Origin: Chrysochromulina tobinii
Taxonomy: Eukaryota
Direction: 5' to 3'
DNA: 43,905 nt
Assembly (NCBI GenBank): GCA_001275005.1
Contig: JWZX01003026.1
Span: 1 to 43,905, forward strand
Shown piece by piece: positions 30,937 through 41,140 of this stretch (within the stretch, counting starts at the first letter, position 1; every line of letters starts with the position of its first letter). Under the pieces are notes generated by a model. It had not been told where the DNA came from and made no database searches. It saw only the letters and a list, made by a program, of their open reading frames with translations. A program made the translations under genes and the position numbers.

Positions 30937-32580
30937 CTAAACTACGTGGTCCCTCTTCTTGCGCGGCGCATGATTTGCGCCTCGGACGCTCGCCGCGCTG
31001 CTGCCGCGCAAGAGCGAGGCGCCGCACATCCACGCAAACAGCAGCAGGACGATCGCACCCGCCGCAAGACCGTACGGTCGCAACTCGGCGCTGAGCCCTC
31101 CTTGCGGTCGCGTCTCGCCCATGCGCGTGAGATCGTTCCAGCACTCGAAGCGCGGCTCGAGGCAGAAGTGCTCGTAGAGCACCTTGAGCACGAGGGAGCG
31201 CCTCCAGTGCACCGAGGCCTTGACGCCCGGTTGGGGGCGCGACACCTCGCGGCACTCGGGGCAAAGGGAGCGAGAGGGCCACTGCACCTTGGCGAACTCT
31301 GCGAACTGCGCTGCGGCCGAGTCGGTGAGCTCCGCAGCGCCCAAGCGCTCGTTGACGTGGTTGTGCGCCTGCCAGAGCCAGAGCGCGGCACGGTGGCGCC
31401 CGTGCTCGTGCTCGCTCGCCATCTCGCGCACGTCCTTCTCGAGCGCCGCCGCGAGCACCATGAAGTGGCCGCGGCAGTCCTCGCACCCGAAAAACTCCTT
31501 GACGTAGCCGACGACGGCATGGAGGCTCGGTAGGGCCTCGGGCTCGGAGGCGTGCGCGAGCAGGCTGTGGAAGAGCAGCCAGAGCGCACACGGATATGCA
31601 TGCAGCTCCGCATGCGACGAGTTGCATGCATGCCATGACGATGGCCACGCGTCCACGCCGCTCTGCGTCAGCAACGCTCGCCACTCCTCGGGACTCGGCA
31701 GCGACGCCCGCCCGTGCAGCCCGCTGAGCAACTCGGAGGCGCCCGTGGCGGCGGCGCCGCCGTCGCGCCCGTGCGGGAGCGCGCGGTGCAGCAGGTGCAG
31801 CCACGCGCGCAGCGCGCCCAGTTTGGTGCGCGCGTATGCATGCGAGGGCGCCGCCGAGAGCGTAGCGAAAATCTCCAGCTCGAGCGTATAGCGCGCTGCC
31901 GCGAGCACATCGTCCACAGGCACTGGCCACGGCATCGGGCGCAGCTGGAGCATGGCGGCGTCTGCGGCCGGATGCTGAATCACCACCGACGCATTATGTG
32001 CGGCGTGCTGCAGCATGGAACCGACCGCGCGTGCGGCGGCGTCGCCCTGCCGCATCACGTCATTCGCCACCATGCGCCCGACTGCCTGCGAAGCCGCTGC
32101 TGCAACAGTGGCTGCCGTGGCCGCAGCGTCGGGCACGGCTGCAGCCGTGCCCGTGCTCGTCCTATGCTGCTCCTGCACCCACGCAAACACAGCCTCCTTG
32201 GTGTGCGAGCCCTCAAACTTTTTCTCACCTGGGAACAGGACAATCGTCGGGTACGCGCTTATGCCGTGTGAAGTGCAAATATCCTTGTGCTCAGGACAGT
32301 TGACGGCGGCGACCTTCAGCTCCGGAAACTCGCGGCGCGCCTGCAGCGCGATCGCCTCGTACGTCGGCGCAAATTTCTGGCAGTGGCCGCACCAGGCGCT
32401 GTAGTATTCAATCAGTGTGAATGGCTGCTCGCTGCCTGCACCCGAAGGCACCTCCGAGAGAGCAACGTAAGAGGTGACGGGCGAATCAGCCTTGTAGAGG
32501 CCCTCCGCATGCACCGCGGCCGCGATCGCGATAGAGAGGAGCGCGAGGGTGCGACCGCCGCACAATGGGTTGTCGGCCAT
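30937..32580 (-). CDS. QSOX: quiescin-sulfhydryl oxidase (thioredoxin + Erv/ALR domains, C-terminal TM)
   Basis: Signal peptide, Trx YSAWCGHC, Erv YPCALWLLFH...FFGCEDCRGHF...LWLWQAHNHVNERL, KVQWPSRSLCPEC and a TM helix near the C-terminus. Confidence 0.92.
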   Translation of the reverse strand: MADNPLCGGRTLALLSIAIAAAVHAEGLYKADSPVTSYVALSEVPSGAGSEQPFTLIEYYSAWCGHCQKFAPTYEAIALQARREFPELKVAAVNCPEHKDICTSHGISAYPTIVLFPGEKKFEGSHTKEAVFAWVQEQHRTSTGTAAAVPDAAATAATVAAAASQAVGRMVANDVMRQGDAAARAVGSMLQHAAHNASVVIQHPAADAAMLQLRPMPWPVPVDDVLAAARYTLELEIFATLSAAPSHAYARTKLGALRAWLHLLHRALPHGRDGGAAATGASELLSGLHGRASLPSPEEWRALLTQSGVDAWPSSWHACNSSHAELHAYPCALWLLFHSLLAHASEPEALPSLHAVVGYVKEFFGCEDCRGHFMVLAAALEKDVREMASEHEHGRHRAALWLWQAHNHVNERLGAAELTDSAAAQFAEFAKVQWPSRSLCPECREVSRPQPGVKASVHWRRSLVLKVLYEHFCLEPRFECWNDLTRMGETRPQGGLSAELRPYGLAAGAIVLLLFAWMCGASLLRGSSAASVRGANHAPRKKRDHVV

Positions 32581-32820
32581 GTGACACGTTCAACACAACG
32601 CGCGAAGGCAACATTATAGCGGCCACGGAAAAGAAAGCCTTTTGTCTTTGTCATGGTCGAATCCGTCTCGTGCAGTGAAGAACAACAAACAATTCTGGGC
32701 CTTACACGACTCGACTGTACAAAAATGTGATACAATTGTAATGCGCGGAGACCGGCTCCCCTCGCGCATTCTCGTATCTCAGACGACTTGAACCGTAGAT
32801 GGCTGGAAGCAATGAGTCGC

Positions 32821-33328
32821 TTACTCCTCCTCCTCATCATCGGCCGCATCGCCACCACCCACGGCCGCGAATGCGTACTTCGGGTCCTCGAGCGGGTTAT
32901 ACTTGGCGCTCTTGGCGCGCGAGAGCGCGAGCTCCGCCTGACGCTTGGCAAGCGCGAACCAGTTGGCCTTCTGCTTGCGTCCCCTCATTTTGCTCTTGCG
33001 CTTCTTCGGCACACTCCACATCACGATCGACGACTGCTGCGTGCGTGCAGCCCGGAGCCTGTGAGGTGTGATGCGAGGGAGTGCGGGGTGAGCGTGACGC
33101 CTCGATCTTCAAGCCCGCGAGCGACGCTAGGAGGCACGCTGGCACTTCAGAAGCTAGTGCAGCGGCGTCGCCAGGCAGCGTTCAGGCGCGTGCATGTGTC
33201 GCGTACTGGGCGGAGAGGACTGAGCCGCTGCTGCTGCTGACGCTGCTCGCCGCCGTGGGCGGCATGCTGAACATCAGCGCGGAGGAGGCGCCGATAACGG
33301 CTGCGAGGATGACGAAGATGCGAGCCAT
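32821..33328 (-). CDS. rpl32: nucleus-encoded plastid ribosomal protein L32 with bipartite presequence; exons 33328-33207 and 33058-32821 (119 aa)
   Basis: SVPKKRKSKMRGRKQKANWFALAKRQAELALSRAKS matches plastid/cyanobacterial bL32. Exon 1 gives MARIFVILAAVIGASSALMF plus a Ser-rich transit-like region. The GTACGC...CACAG intron keeps the frame. Confidence 0.85.
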
Positions 33329-33635
33329 TCTAACTGCACGCAGACGATCGGCTCTAGCGAGACTGCTGGAGCTGGACTGAGCGACGCGGTCCAGGAAGCA
33401 GACGGTCTGAGGAAAAGTGTGAGGCCACGAGAGATCGAACCTCGCTCGCTCACGACGACGCTTTATGTATGGTTGCTCATCTCACTGAGGGTCACCGAAA
33501 GTGCAGCTCGAAACCGCCAAACCACTACATGTACTTTGACGTACTGAACGAAAGTTTCCCTCGCCTGCGTTCGTCGAGCGCGCGAAGATTGCCTCCTCAC
33601 GAGCATGCGCTACTTGGCGAAAAAGGAGGATCACG

Positions 33636-35906
33636 ATGAGCGTGGCTGTATCATCCTTCTTCCCGAACGCCCCACCCTCCGCACCGCGCAACGTCGCTAT
33701 TCGTGCCGCCCCTGCCGCCGCCCTCCCCGCCACCTCCTCCATCCGTGCCGTCGGCCACTCTGTGGATGAGGCAGAGCGCACTCGCACTATCAAGCCGCTC
33801 CACTTCCCCTCGGTACGGACGGCGCTGTGGGACCGCACGCCGCTGGGTGCCGCGCTCACGTTGCAGCCTTCGACGCCGCACCTGGCCATCCCACCGCGCC
33901 TGCTGTCCATGCTCGCGGAGCACGCGGCAGCCGGCGGCGGCGGTGCGGGGGCTGTGATGCAAGCTTACGCAGCCGGCTCGCCGTCCACGGATAGCGGCAT
34001 CAACCAGGGTCGCTCCGTTCCCACCTGCGAGATACGGGCGCATGCTTTCGTCACGTGCGGCACCGCCGCTGCCTACGCCGCCGCCTGCGCGCCCCCACCA
34101 CACGAGGCACTCCGGCTCTTGCGGGCGGCACCGCCCGGCACGCAACCGTGCGCAATCCCGGTGGGCGCTGTCCCGTGGGCAGCCGAGCGGCCCGAAGCGC
34201 GTCCCGAAGGCGTGGCGTACGCGGCGCTGCTCGGGCGGAGCGAGGCGGCGCTCGACGGCACGCGCACTCTCGCCGTGGGCGACGCGATGCCCGTGCACTG
34301 TGCTTGCGCGACAAGTCCCGACTGCGCAGCGCTGCTCGTGCGGCTCGAGGCGCTCGTGCCGACGCTGACGCTCGAGGCGACGCCGCTGCGCGCGCTGCAC
34401 GTGCTGAGCAGCCCGCTCACTGCAGCGCTGCGCCAGCCCTCGTTCAGCGGTCAGCTGCGCACTGGCTTCCTGACGATGGACCAGACCCGCAGACTGATCT
34501 GCCTGGGCGAGGGCGATCCCAAGGCCTTCGAGGCGCCGCTCGTGGGCGTATGGGTGGCGGGCGTGCGATCGCTCGCCGAGCCGTACGCGTGGGCCGCGTG
34601 CGTGCGCTACGCACGGCTGCGCTCGCCCACCGCCGAGGCCCTCACCGCCAGCGACGGCAGCTGCGCCTTCCTATGCCTGTCGTACGAGGAAGCCCCCCCC
34701 GACAACACGGCCGCGGCTGAGCCATCGCCGCCGCCGCCAAGAACTTCGGCCATATTCCCGCGTCTGTACGACGTCGCCCCGAGGCGCCAGCCCAGCCCGT
34801 ATCGCCTCGTCGGGCGCGCCGTGCAGGTGGCGCTCCCGGTGCCCGCGTCTGCCGCGGCCGAGACAGGAGTCTCTGTCGACCTCTACGCATGCGAACGCCC
34901 CGAGCTGAGCCTTCTGGTGCGCGCACTGCCCGAGTACCCGGGCGAGGGCGCGCCGCCGGTTGACGACGCGCCTCTGCCGACGCCCAAGGCACCCCTTGCT
35001 CTCACCGAGACGACGCGCGCCTCCGCTGCCGCCGCCGCCGCAGCCATGGCCGCCACCACCACGGCCGCGAGCGCTGCGGTCACGGCGGCCGACATTGCAG
35101 ATCGGGCGAGCATGCCGAGCCTCTTCACGAGCCGCCCAAGGCTCTTCACAAGCCCGAGGGCGACTGTGGTGGAGGCGCCACCGACCCCGCCATCGAACCC
35201 TGCGCCGCCGGACGGGCCGTCGGTCGCACTGGTGCACTCGATGCAGGCGCAGCTGGCCGCGATGGGCACACGGCTCGAGGAGCAGCAGCGCACGATCGAG
35301 GAGCAGAAGCGCTGCATCGAACGGCTCACTCGCGAGCTGCACGAGACGCGGGGGAAGGCAGCGGTAACAACTGCCCCAGTAAAGCCGTCGCGCTCTGCAA
35401 AGGCGGCGCCGCCCGACGCGCCTACAGAGAAGTTGCCGTTGCGCCGCGTGCCGCCAAAGCACCGCCACTCACTTGATGTCACACTTGATGAGAGCTCTGG
35501 CGAGGTCGACACAGTGCCACAGGCACCTGCGCTCGAGGGAATCCTGCTGCGCGTGCCTCTGCTAGGGGAAGACGCCTTGGGCGCCTCCCCGCCGCCATCG
35601 CCGCCATCGCCGTCATCGCCGTCGGCACCCGCTCTGGATGAGGCGCCAGTGATGCCAAAGATCGAGTACGAGAGCGATGAGGAAAAGGACTCGGACGAGT
35701 ATGATGAGGACGGGCACGAGTTCGACGGCCACACCGCCGAGGTGAGGGCCGCGTTGTCCGCCCTGTCGGCTCTGTCCGAAACCGTGTCAGAGCTCGCCGA
35801 GCGGCGAGCTGCAATCGCAGCGAACACTAACGTCGACGTGTCACGCATCGAGTACAACGAGGAGGAATTCGAGGTTGACGACGAGAGCGACGGCGAGTTC
35901 GATTGA
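33636..35906 (+). CDS. STIL: STIL-like centriole assembly protein (STIL N-terminal domain, coiled coil, acidic tail)
   Basis: LHFPSVRTALWDRTPLG and GFLTMDQTRRLICLGEGDPKAFEAPLVGVWVAG resemble the conserved STIL N-terminal blocks. Coiled coil MQAQLAAM..EEQQRTIEEQKRCIERL. Confidence 0.78.
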   Translation: MSVAVSSFFPNAPPSAPRNVAIRAAPAAALPATSSIRAVGHSVDEAERTRTIKPLHFPSVRTALWDRTPLGAALTLQPSTPHLAIPPRLLSMLAEHAAAGGGGAGAVMQAYAAGSPSTDSGINQGRSVPTCEIRAHAFVTCGTAAAYAAACAPPPHEALRLLRAAPPGTQPCAIPVGAVPWAAERPEARPEGVAYAALLGRSEAALDGTRTLAVGDAMPVHCACATSPDCAALLVRLEALVPTLTLEATPLRALHVLSSPLTAALRQPSFSGQLRTGFLTMDQTRRLICLGEGDPKAFEAPLVGVWVAGVRSLAEPYAWAACVRYARLRSPTAEALTASDGSCAFLCLSYEEAPPDNTAAAEPSPPPPRTSAIFPRLYDVAPRRQPSPYRLVGRAVQVALPVPASAAAETGVSVDLYACERPELSLLVRALPEYPGEGAPPVDDAPLPTPKAPLALTETTRASAAAAAAAMAATTTAASAAVTAADIADRASMPSLFTSRPRLFTSPRATVVEAPPTPPSNPAPPDGPSVALVHSMQAQLAAMGTRLEEQQRTIEEQKRCIERLTRELHETRGKAAVTTAPVKPSRSAKAAPPDAPTEKLPLRRVPPKHRHSLDVTLDESSGEVDTVPQAPALEGILLRVPLLGEDALGASPPPSPPSPSSPSAPALDEAPVMPKIEYESDEEKDSDEYDEDGHEFDGHTAEVRAALSALSALSETVSELAERRAAIAANTNVDVSRIEYNEEEFEVDDESDGEFD

Positions 35907-36749
35907 ACTCTCAAGAGGACCAGCATGTACAACACTAATTGAGGTAGCAGCTCTGGGCTGTGGTGTGTGTGTCAGAGTCTCAGAGAGCAGGTCCGGAACG
36001 CGCGCACACGCAACGGAGTGTGTGCGCCGCCGCCGGACATCGTGACGTGTACCTGTTTTGTACCTGTGAGCGCGGGGAGAGACCGAGTCACCAAACCACG
36101 CGGAATTGACACATGTGGACGTCCGGCCCGCGGCGGGACCGCGCCCCTCTGTTTGACTGTGTTGTAGTCCTAGCGAGGGTAGCGTCCGCCGACCTCGCTC
36201 CTCGGAAGCTGAACGATCACACGACCGCCGTCCATGCCGCCGTCACGCGTCCTGCGGGGTCGGGTCCTCGCCTGCCGACCGTCCTCACCGCTCACGACCT
36301 ACTCACGACCCGGGCCGCGCGGCTCGCCCACCGCGCGGACCCTGGCGGCCACGGTAGTGGCCCACGGCCCAGCACGCCCCGCGCGGCCCGCGGCTCCCGC
36401 CCGGCGGCCGAGGCTGAGCGAGCGCGAGCGCGACGCGCCGCGTTCCCGTCAGCGCGCCGTGCGTCGGTGCACGCCCCCGCCCCGGTCTGCGACGCGACCC
36501 CGGGACGGCGCCGCGCCGTGTCGCCGCGCTTCGCCTTCGCCGAGTCGCAGTCGAGCGTGGCCGGATCGTACTATTGGTCTATTAGCTTTCCGACCAGAAC
36601 GCAAGGCGAAATAGGGGACTCACGACTCAGAGCTCGGCCCTCCACAGGGACAGCTCTCGGGGCTGTTTCTTATTTAACATTCCTTGGAAGTGTGAAGCAC
36701 AGAGAAGACTCTCTCAAGGAGCAGCATTTCGGGTGTGCGGCAGTTGCTG

Positions 36750-38570
36750 CTACTCGCGCTGCTGAGGTAATACCTGTTCCTGCCGGAGCGCAGCGAGCTC
36801 CGCACGCAGCCGCGCGTTCTCTTCGAGCAGCGCACGCGTCTCCGATTGCAGCCGCGGCAGCATCTCGATGGCTTGGCGAATCTCTTCGAGATCGGCCGGC
36901 CGCTCGAGCGTCGTCGATGCATGCGTGACGATCGCGTCAGTGAGCTCGCGCTCGGTGCGGTGATGGCTCAGCTCGTACGCATCCGTCGCGCCTGCGCGGA
37001 TGAAGAGGATGGTGGGCAGCTTGTCGATGCGGAGGGTGCGCGGCAGGTCATTGACGCCCGCGTCGAAGCGCGCGATGCGGACTCGGGATTCGTCCTGCCA
37101 GCGCCCGGCAACCGCCTCAAACTCGGCGTCGAGCGCCTCACACCCATCACACCAGTCCGTGGTGACGAGGAGGAGCACGTCAACGGTCGCCTCGAGCACG
37201 AGCTCGTCAAAGGTCGAGGCCACCACGATCGTGAGCGGCTCCAGGTTGAGCAGCGGCGGCGCCACGGAGCGAAGGGTGGGCGCGAGGGTGCCCGCTACGA
37301 CGCCTCGCACCCACCCACCTAGCTGCTCACGCGCTGCCACGGTCGGCTCCCATGCCGACGTACCGACGCCGCCGCCACCGCCGCCCTCCGCATCGGCCGC
37401 GTCCGGAGCAGCCGCGCCCTTGCGCGTCGGCGGCGCGTACACGTAGTGCGCGCCATCATGCTCGGCAGCGAGCGCGGGAAGCAACTCGCGGTTCAGGGCG
37501 AGCGAGGCAGCGTGCTGCTCATACCTCTCGGCATCGAGCCATACGAAGAGGGCGCGCCCCCTCCAGCCGGCGGCGACGCTGCGCACGAGCTCGCGGGCGT
37601 CATCGTTGCGCCCAGCCTCCTCGGCTGACGCATTCACAAAGAGCCAAAAGAGAGGCAGGGGCGGCGCCGCCTCCTCGGCCCTCCCTCCCGCCGCCACGCC
37701 TCCGCGCGCCTCGTACTGATCGAAATTGTGCGGTCCGATCTCGGCAAGCAGCGGCAAGCGGTAGAGCCCGAGCCAGCTGGCCAACTGCTGCTCGAGGATG
37801 GCCTCAGTGTGCGCGCGCGATTCGGCTGCGGCCGTTGCCTCCTCGCCCGAGGCGGCCTCATTGCCTTCCGCGCTCAGTTCACCTGGATAGACGAACGTCT
37901 CGGCATCGGGGCCGTCGAGGCCGCGGCAGAGGACAAGAAAGGGCTGCCCTTGTCCCTTTCCGTGCCAGATGAGCTTGCCGCTAGACTCGGCAAGCTCGTT
38001 GGCGAGGCTCGGTGACGCTACCACGAAGCTCACTTGGCGGCGCAGCCGCGCATCCGCCGCTGGCAGCGCTGCAAAGACGGTGCGCGCCATCGAGCCCGGC
38101 GTCGCGAAGAGCACGGCCGTCAGCTCACTAGCGCGGATCTCCTCGTAGATGTTCTCCGTGGTCGTTGCCTCGAGAAGCGCAGGCGACGCCTCTCGGCGCA
38201 GGTGGGAGGCGAGGGCTGTGGCTGACGTGAGAGGACCACGGAAGACAGCTGGCGCGTCGGCGTCGCCGTGGTACAGGCGAAGCGCAGGAAACGAGCGGAT
38301 CCCTGATGTCTCAGCAAGCTGTGCATCCTCGCTGACGGCGACTCGCACAGCCGCCGGAAGCAGCCCGGTGACAGAAGACAGCAGTGGCCTCAAGCCGGAA
38401 GGCTCGTGTGGGCACTCGGGCAACGCATGGAGCAGCAGCACGAGCGTTGACCCGGCAACGAAGCTTGTGAAGTTGCTCCTGTCGATCTGCGCCAGCGGTA
38501 AGGCGAGCGTGCAGTCCAACCGTGTGGCCAACAGCAAGGTCAGCGTAAGGAAGCCCACAGGAGCCCACAT
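36750..38570 (-). CDS. protein disulfide isomerase-like protein (a-b-b'-a' layout; first site degenerate, last site WCDGC)
   Basis: Signal peptide MWAPVGFLTLTLLLA, GIRSFPALRLY, LPLLAEIGPHNFDQY, PLTIVVASTFDELV..DVLLLVTTDWCDGC..IARFDAGVND..LPTILF and a C-terminal coiled coil. Confidence 0.82.
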   Translation of the reverse strand: MWAPVGFLTLTLLLATRLDCTLALPLAQIDRSNFTSFVAGSTLVLLLHALPECPHEPSGLRPLLSSVTGLLPAAVRVAVSEDAQLAETSGIRSFPALRLYHGDADAPAVFRGPLTSATALASHLRREASPALLEATTTENIYEEIRASELTAVLFATPGSMARTVFAALPAADARLRRQVSFVVASPSLANELAESSGKLIWHGKGQGQPFLVLCRGLDGPDAETFVYPGELSAEGNEAASGEEATAAAESRAHTEAILEQQLASWLGLYRLPLLAEIGPHNFDQYEARGGVAAGGRAEEAAPPLPLFWLFVNASAEEAGRNDDARELVRSVAAGWRGRALFVWLDAERYEQHAASLALNRELLPALAAEHDGAHYVYAPPTRKGAAAPDAADAEGGGGGGVGTSAWEPTVAAREQLGGWVRGVVAGTLAPTLRSVAPPLLNLEPLTIVVASTFDELVLEATVDVLLLVTTDWCDGCEALDAEFEAVAGRWQDESRVRIARFDAGVNDLPRTLRIDKLPTILFIRAGATDAYELSHHRTERELTDAIVTHASTTLERPADLEEIRQAIEMLPRLQSETRALLEENARLRAELAALRQEQVLPQQRE

Positions 38571-38816
38571 CGACGTGGAGATTCCAAAGTCCGCAAAATC
38601 TGGCACCTTTTCCAGTTCTCGGATCCGAGAACCTCAAGCCTTGCTGTGAGCACAGCCGTTTCACAAAGAGAGTGCCCTCGAACTGATACATGTACCCGGT
38701 AACTCATCAATGCGAAGTCGACGTGCGGCGATCCTCAATGGCCTCTGGTGCACTTGCTCTGTGGCCATGAGCACTTTGCCGAATCCGAAGATGACGGCAC
38801 ACCTTAAGCAGCTGGC

Positions 38817-38820
<4 letters not shown>

Positions 38821-38892
<72 letters not shown>
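38821..38892 (+). repeat. (CAG)24 microsatellite just upstream of and in frame (as AGC/Ser) with the cathepsin ORF
   Basis: Read directly from the sequence. Confidence 0.95.
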
Positions 38893-38896
<4 letters not shown>

Positions 38897-38962
38897 GATG
38901 ACAGCAGCAGTGGCCTGAGCAGCAGCAGCGTCGGCGGAGGCGGCAGCAGCAGCAGTGGGCCA

Positions 38963-40372
38963 ATGGGCGCGGCCCGTCGGCCGCCACCGGCCGTGCGAAG
39001 CTCTATGTGGCCCATCGGCGCACTGGTGCGCGCACTGCGCGAGGATCGGCCAGATGTCTACCGGTACGCCGGCTTGCCAGAGCGTTGGGACTGGCGCGAT
39101 GTGCACGGGGTGAGCTACGTACCGCCCGTGCGCTCGCAGGGCTCGTGTGGTTCGTGCTACGCGAGCGCCACCATCGCGATGCTCGAGGCGAGGTTGGCGA
39201 TCGAGTCGGGCGGGCGCGTGCGTCCGAGGCTATCGGTGCAGGAAGTGCTCGAGTGCTCGCCGTACTCCCAAGGATGCGGCGGCGGCTTTCCGTACTTGGT
39301 GGGCAAGTATCTCACCGACGCTGGCGTCGTCTCGGACATGTGTTTCCCCACACAGCCCGCGCAGGGTCATCAGCGCTGCACCGAGCGCTGCCAGGGGCCA
39401 GCACAGCGCTGGCGTGCGACCGACTACCGTTATGTGGGCGGTCGGTACGGCAGCTGCTCCGAGGCGGCGATGATGATCGAGATCTACACCAACGGGCCCG
39501 TGGTCGCCGGTTTCGAGGCCACTAGTGCGCTGTATTCACACGACGGGGCAGGCGTCTTCTCCGAAGCTGCGGCAGCCGCTGAGGCGGCCAGTGCCGCCGC
39601 CAAAAACGCGAGCGCGCACCGCGTGAATGCCGAGCCGAGCTGGGAGCCGAGAGGCATTTGGGGTGACGCCCATCACGACGCCCACATGGTCGAGCGTCGT
39701 GCAGAACCGATCGTGCAGCCAGGCAACGGCGGCGCTAGGGCCGCGAGCGTTGATCGGGAGCGACCCGCAGGTCAGGTGCACGCCAGCCGCACGCTTTCCG
39801 GGTTGCATGCCTCTGCTTCGTCACTGCACATAGCCAGCTTCACGGAGGCTGTCGATCGGGCTGTCGATCCGCCCTTGGGCTCGCAACAGCAGCCGGTGGA
39901 CACGCGTTCCGATTTCAAGGCGACGAATCACGCCGTGCTCATCGTCGGCTGGGGCGTCCTCGACGGCACCAAGTACTGGTTGGCGCAGAATACGTGGGGT
40001 CCGCAATGGGCCAACGGCGGTTACTTTAGGATGCGACGCGGCAGTGACGACTCGGCTGTGGAATCGATGGTCGTCGCCGTCGACGTAGATGGCGCACTGC
40101 CGCTGCCGTCGATGGAGCTTGTCGACGAAGCGGACGACACTGTCGCTGGCCTCGCCGTGAGGGGCGCTCTGCGCCGTCTCACGTTCCGGAGGCAGCAACT
40201 CTGGAGGTCGCTCAAGCCCAATCGAAAGCCCAAGGGGCGTCCACCGGAGGGTCCACCTGCGAGCGAGGGGCCACGTTCGCCCAAGCGCGTGGAAGAACCC
40301 AGTAGCCTGCTGCCTCACGCTCTGCCTCTGCAGGCCATCCCCGAGGACATCCCGCCCCCGAAGCACAGCTAA
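38963..40372 (+). CDS. papain-family (C1A) cysteine protease, cathepsin C-like; true 5' end uncertain
   Basis: LPERWDWRDVHGVSYVPPVRSQGSCGSCY, LSVQEVLECSPYSQGCGGGFPYLVGKY, TNHAVLIVGWG, YWLAQNTWG..W..GYFRMRRG. Catalytic Cys codon at 39155, His codon at 39929. Confidence 0.88.
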   Translation: MGAARRPPPAVRSSMWPIGALVRALREDRPDVYRYAGLPERWDWRDVHGVSYVPPVRSQGSCGSCYASATIAMLEARLAIESGGRVRPRLSVQEVLECSPYSQGCGGGFPYLVGKYLTDAGVVSDMCFPTQPAQGHQRCTERCQGPAQRWRATDYRYVGGRYGSCSEAAMMIEIYTNGPVVAGFEATSALYSHDGAGVFSEAAAAAEAASAAAKNASAHRVNAEPSWEPRGIWGDAHHDAHMVERRAEPIVQPGNGGARAASVDRERPAGQVHASRTLSGLHASASSLHIASFTEAVDRAVDPPLGSQQQPVDTRSDFKATNHAVLIVGWGVLDGTKYWLAQNTWGPQWANGGYFRMRRGSDDSAVESMVVAVDVDGALPLPSMELVDEADDTVAGLAVRGALRRLTFRRQQLWRSLKPNRKPKGRPPEGPPASEGPRSPKRVEEPSSLLPHALPLQAIPEDIPPPKHS

Positions 40373-41140
40373 ACCGGGCTGTCAGGGTCGACATCGGCTT
40401 GTGCGCAATGTCATTGCGCTTTGGCACTATACAGAGCTGCCTGAATTTAATGGTGGTTCTGAGCTGTCAGCGGGACCGCGCCCGCAAGCGCGACGCTAGC
40501 CGCGCTTGGGCTTGCCTTCCTCACACCTTTACACCTGGACCGACAACGACCGCCCGCACACCGAGGCGGCTTCACTGTTCCTCGTCGCGCGTGTACCCGG
40601 CCGATGTTCGGGAACTCGCCCGGCCCGCGAGGCAGCCGTCCCGAGGACGGGCGGTAGTCCCGGTAGTCCCGTACGAGCTACGACGTACGTCGTGGCGCTG
40701 CCGGATCCGCGATTTCCGGACGCGTGCGTCCTGCGGACCGTACGCCGTGTACCGAGCGTGCGGATGGACCACTACTATAGGGGACGCTATGTTGAAAGAT
40801 AAAAACTCATCTCGAAGCGAAGCGCAACCACAAGGCGCGCGCCGCCGCGCGAGCGGAGGGGCGGAGCCGCCCGACGCGAACGGCACACCGCGGGACGGAG
40901 AGAACGCACCGCACGCGTCCTTCGGCTGGGATCCACTACACATCTAGATCACACCAAACCACCGCGAGACTGTCGCGCGCGGCCTCTTTCTGGATCATCC
41001 TCGCGCTCGAGAACACGCAATCCGAAGGCGCGAGCCTGGTAAAGGCCGAGGCCACATGACCTACCGTTCAATCTGCCACCTGAGCGCCCTCGAGCCGGAG
41101 TGTGCAAGGCAGCACCGGGGGTGCTCTTCTGCAGGGAAGC

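Noticed and set aside
38690..38800. Two in-frame TGAs upstream of the cathepsin ORF as possible Sec codons
   Set aside because: There is no SECIS in the 3' region. The only hairpin, GCGCAATG-T-CATTGCGC at about 40402-40418, lacks the core motif.
36133..40483. Shared 14-mer GCGGGACCGCGCCC at 36133 and 40470, plus ATAGGGGAC in both spacers
   Set aside because: Short GC-rich matches are expected by chance in 44 kb of this composition, and the similarity does not extend.
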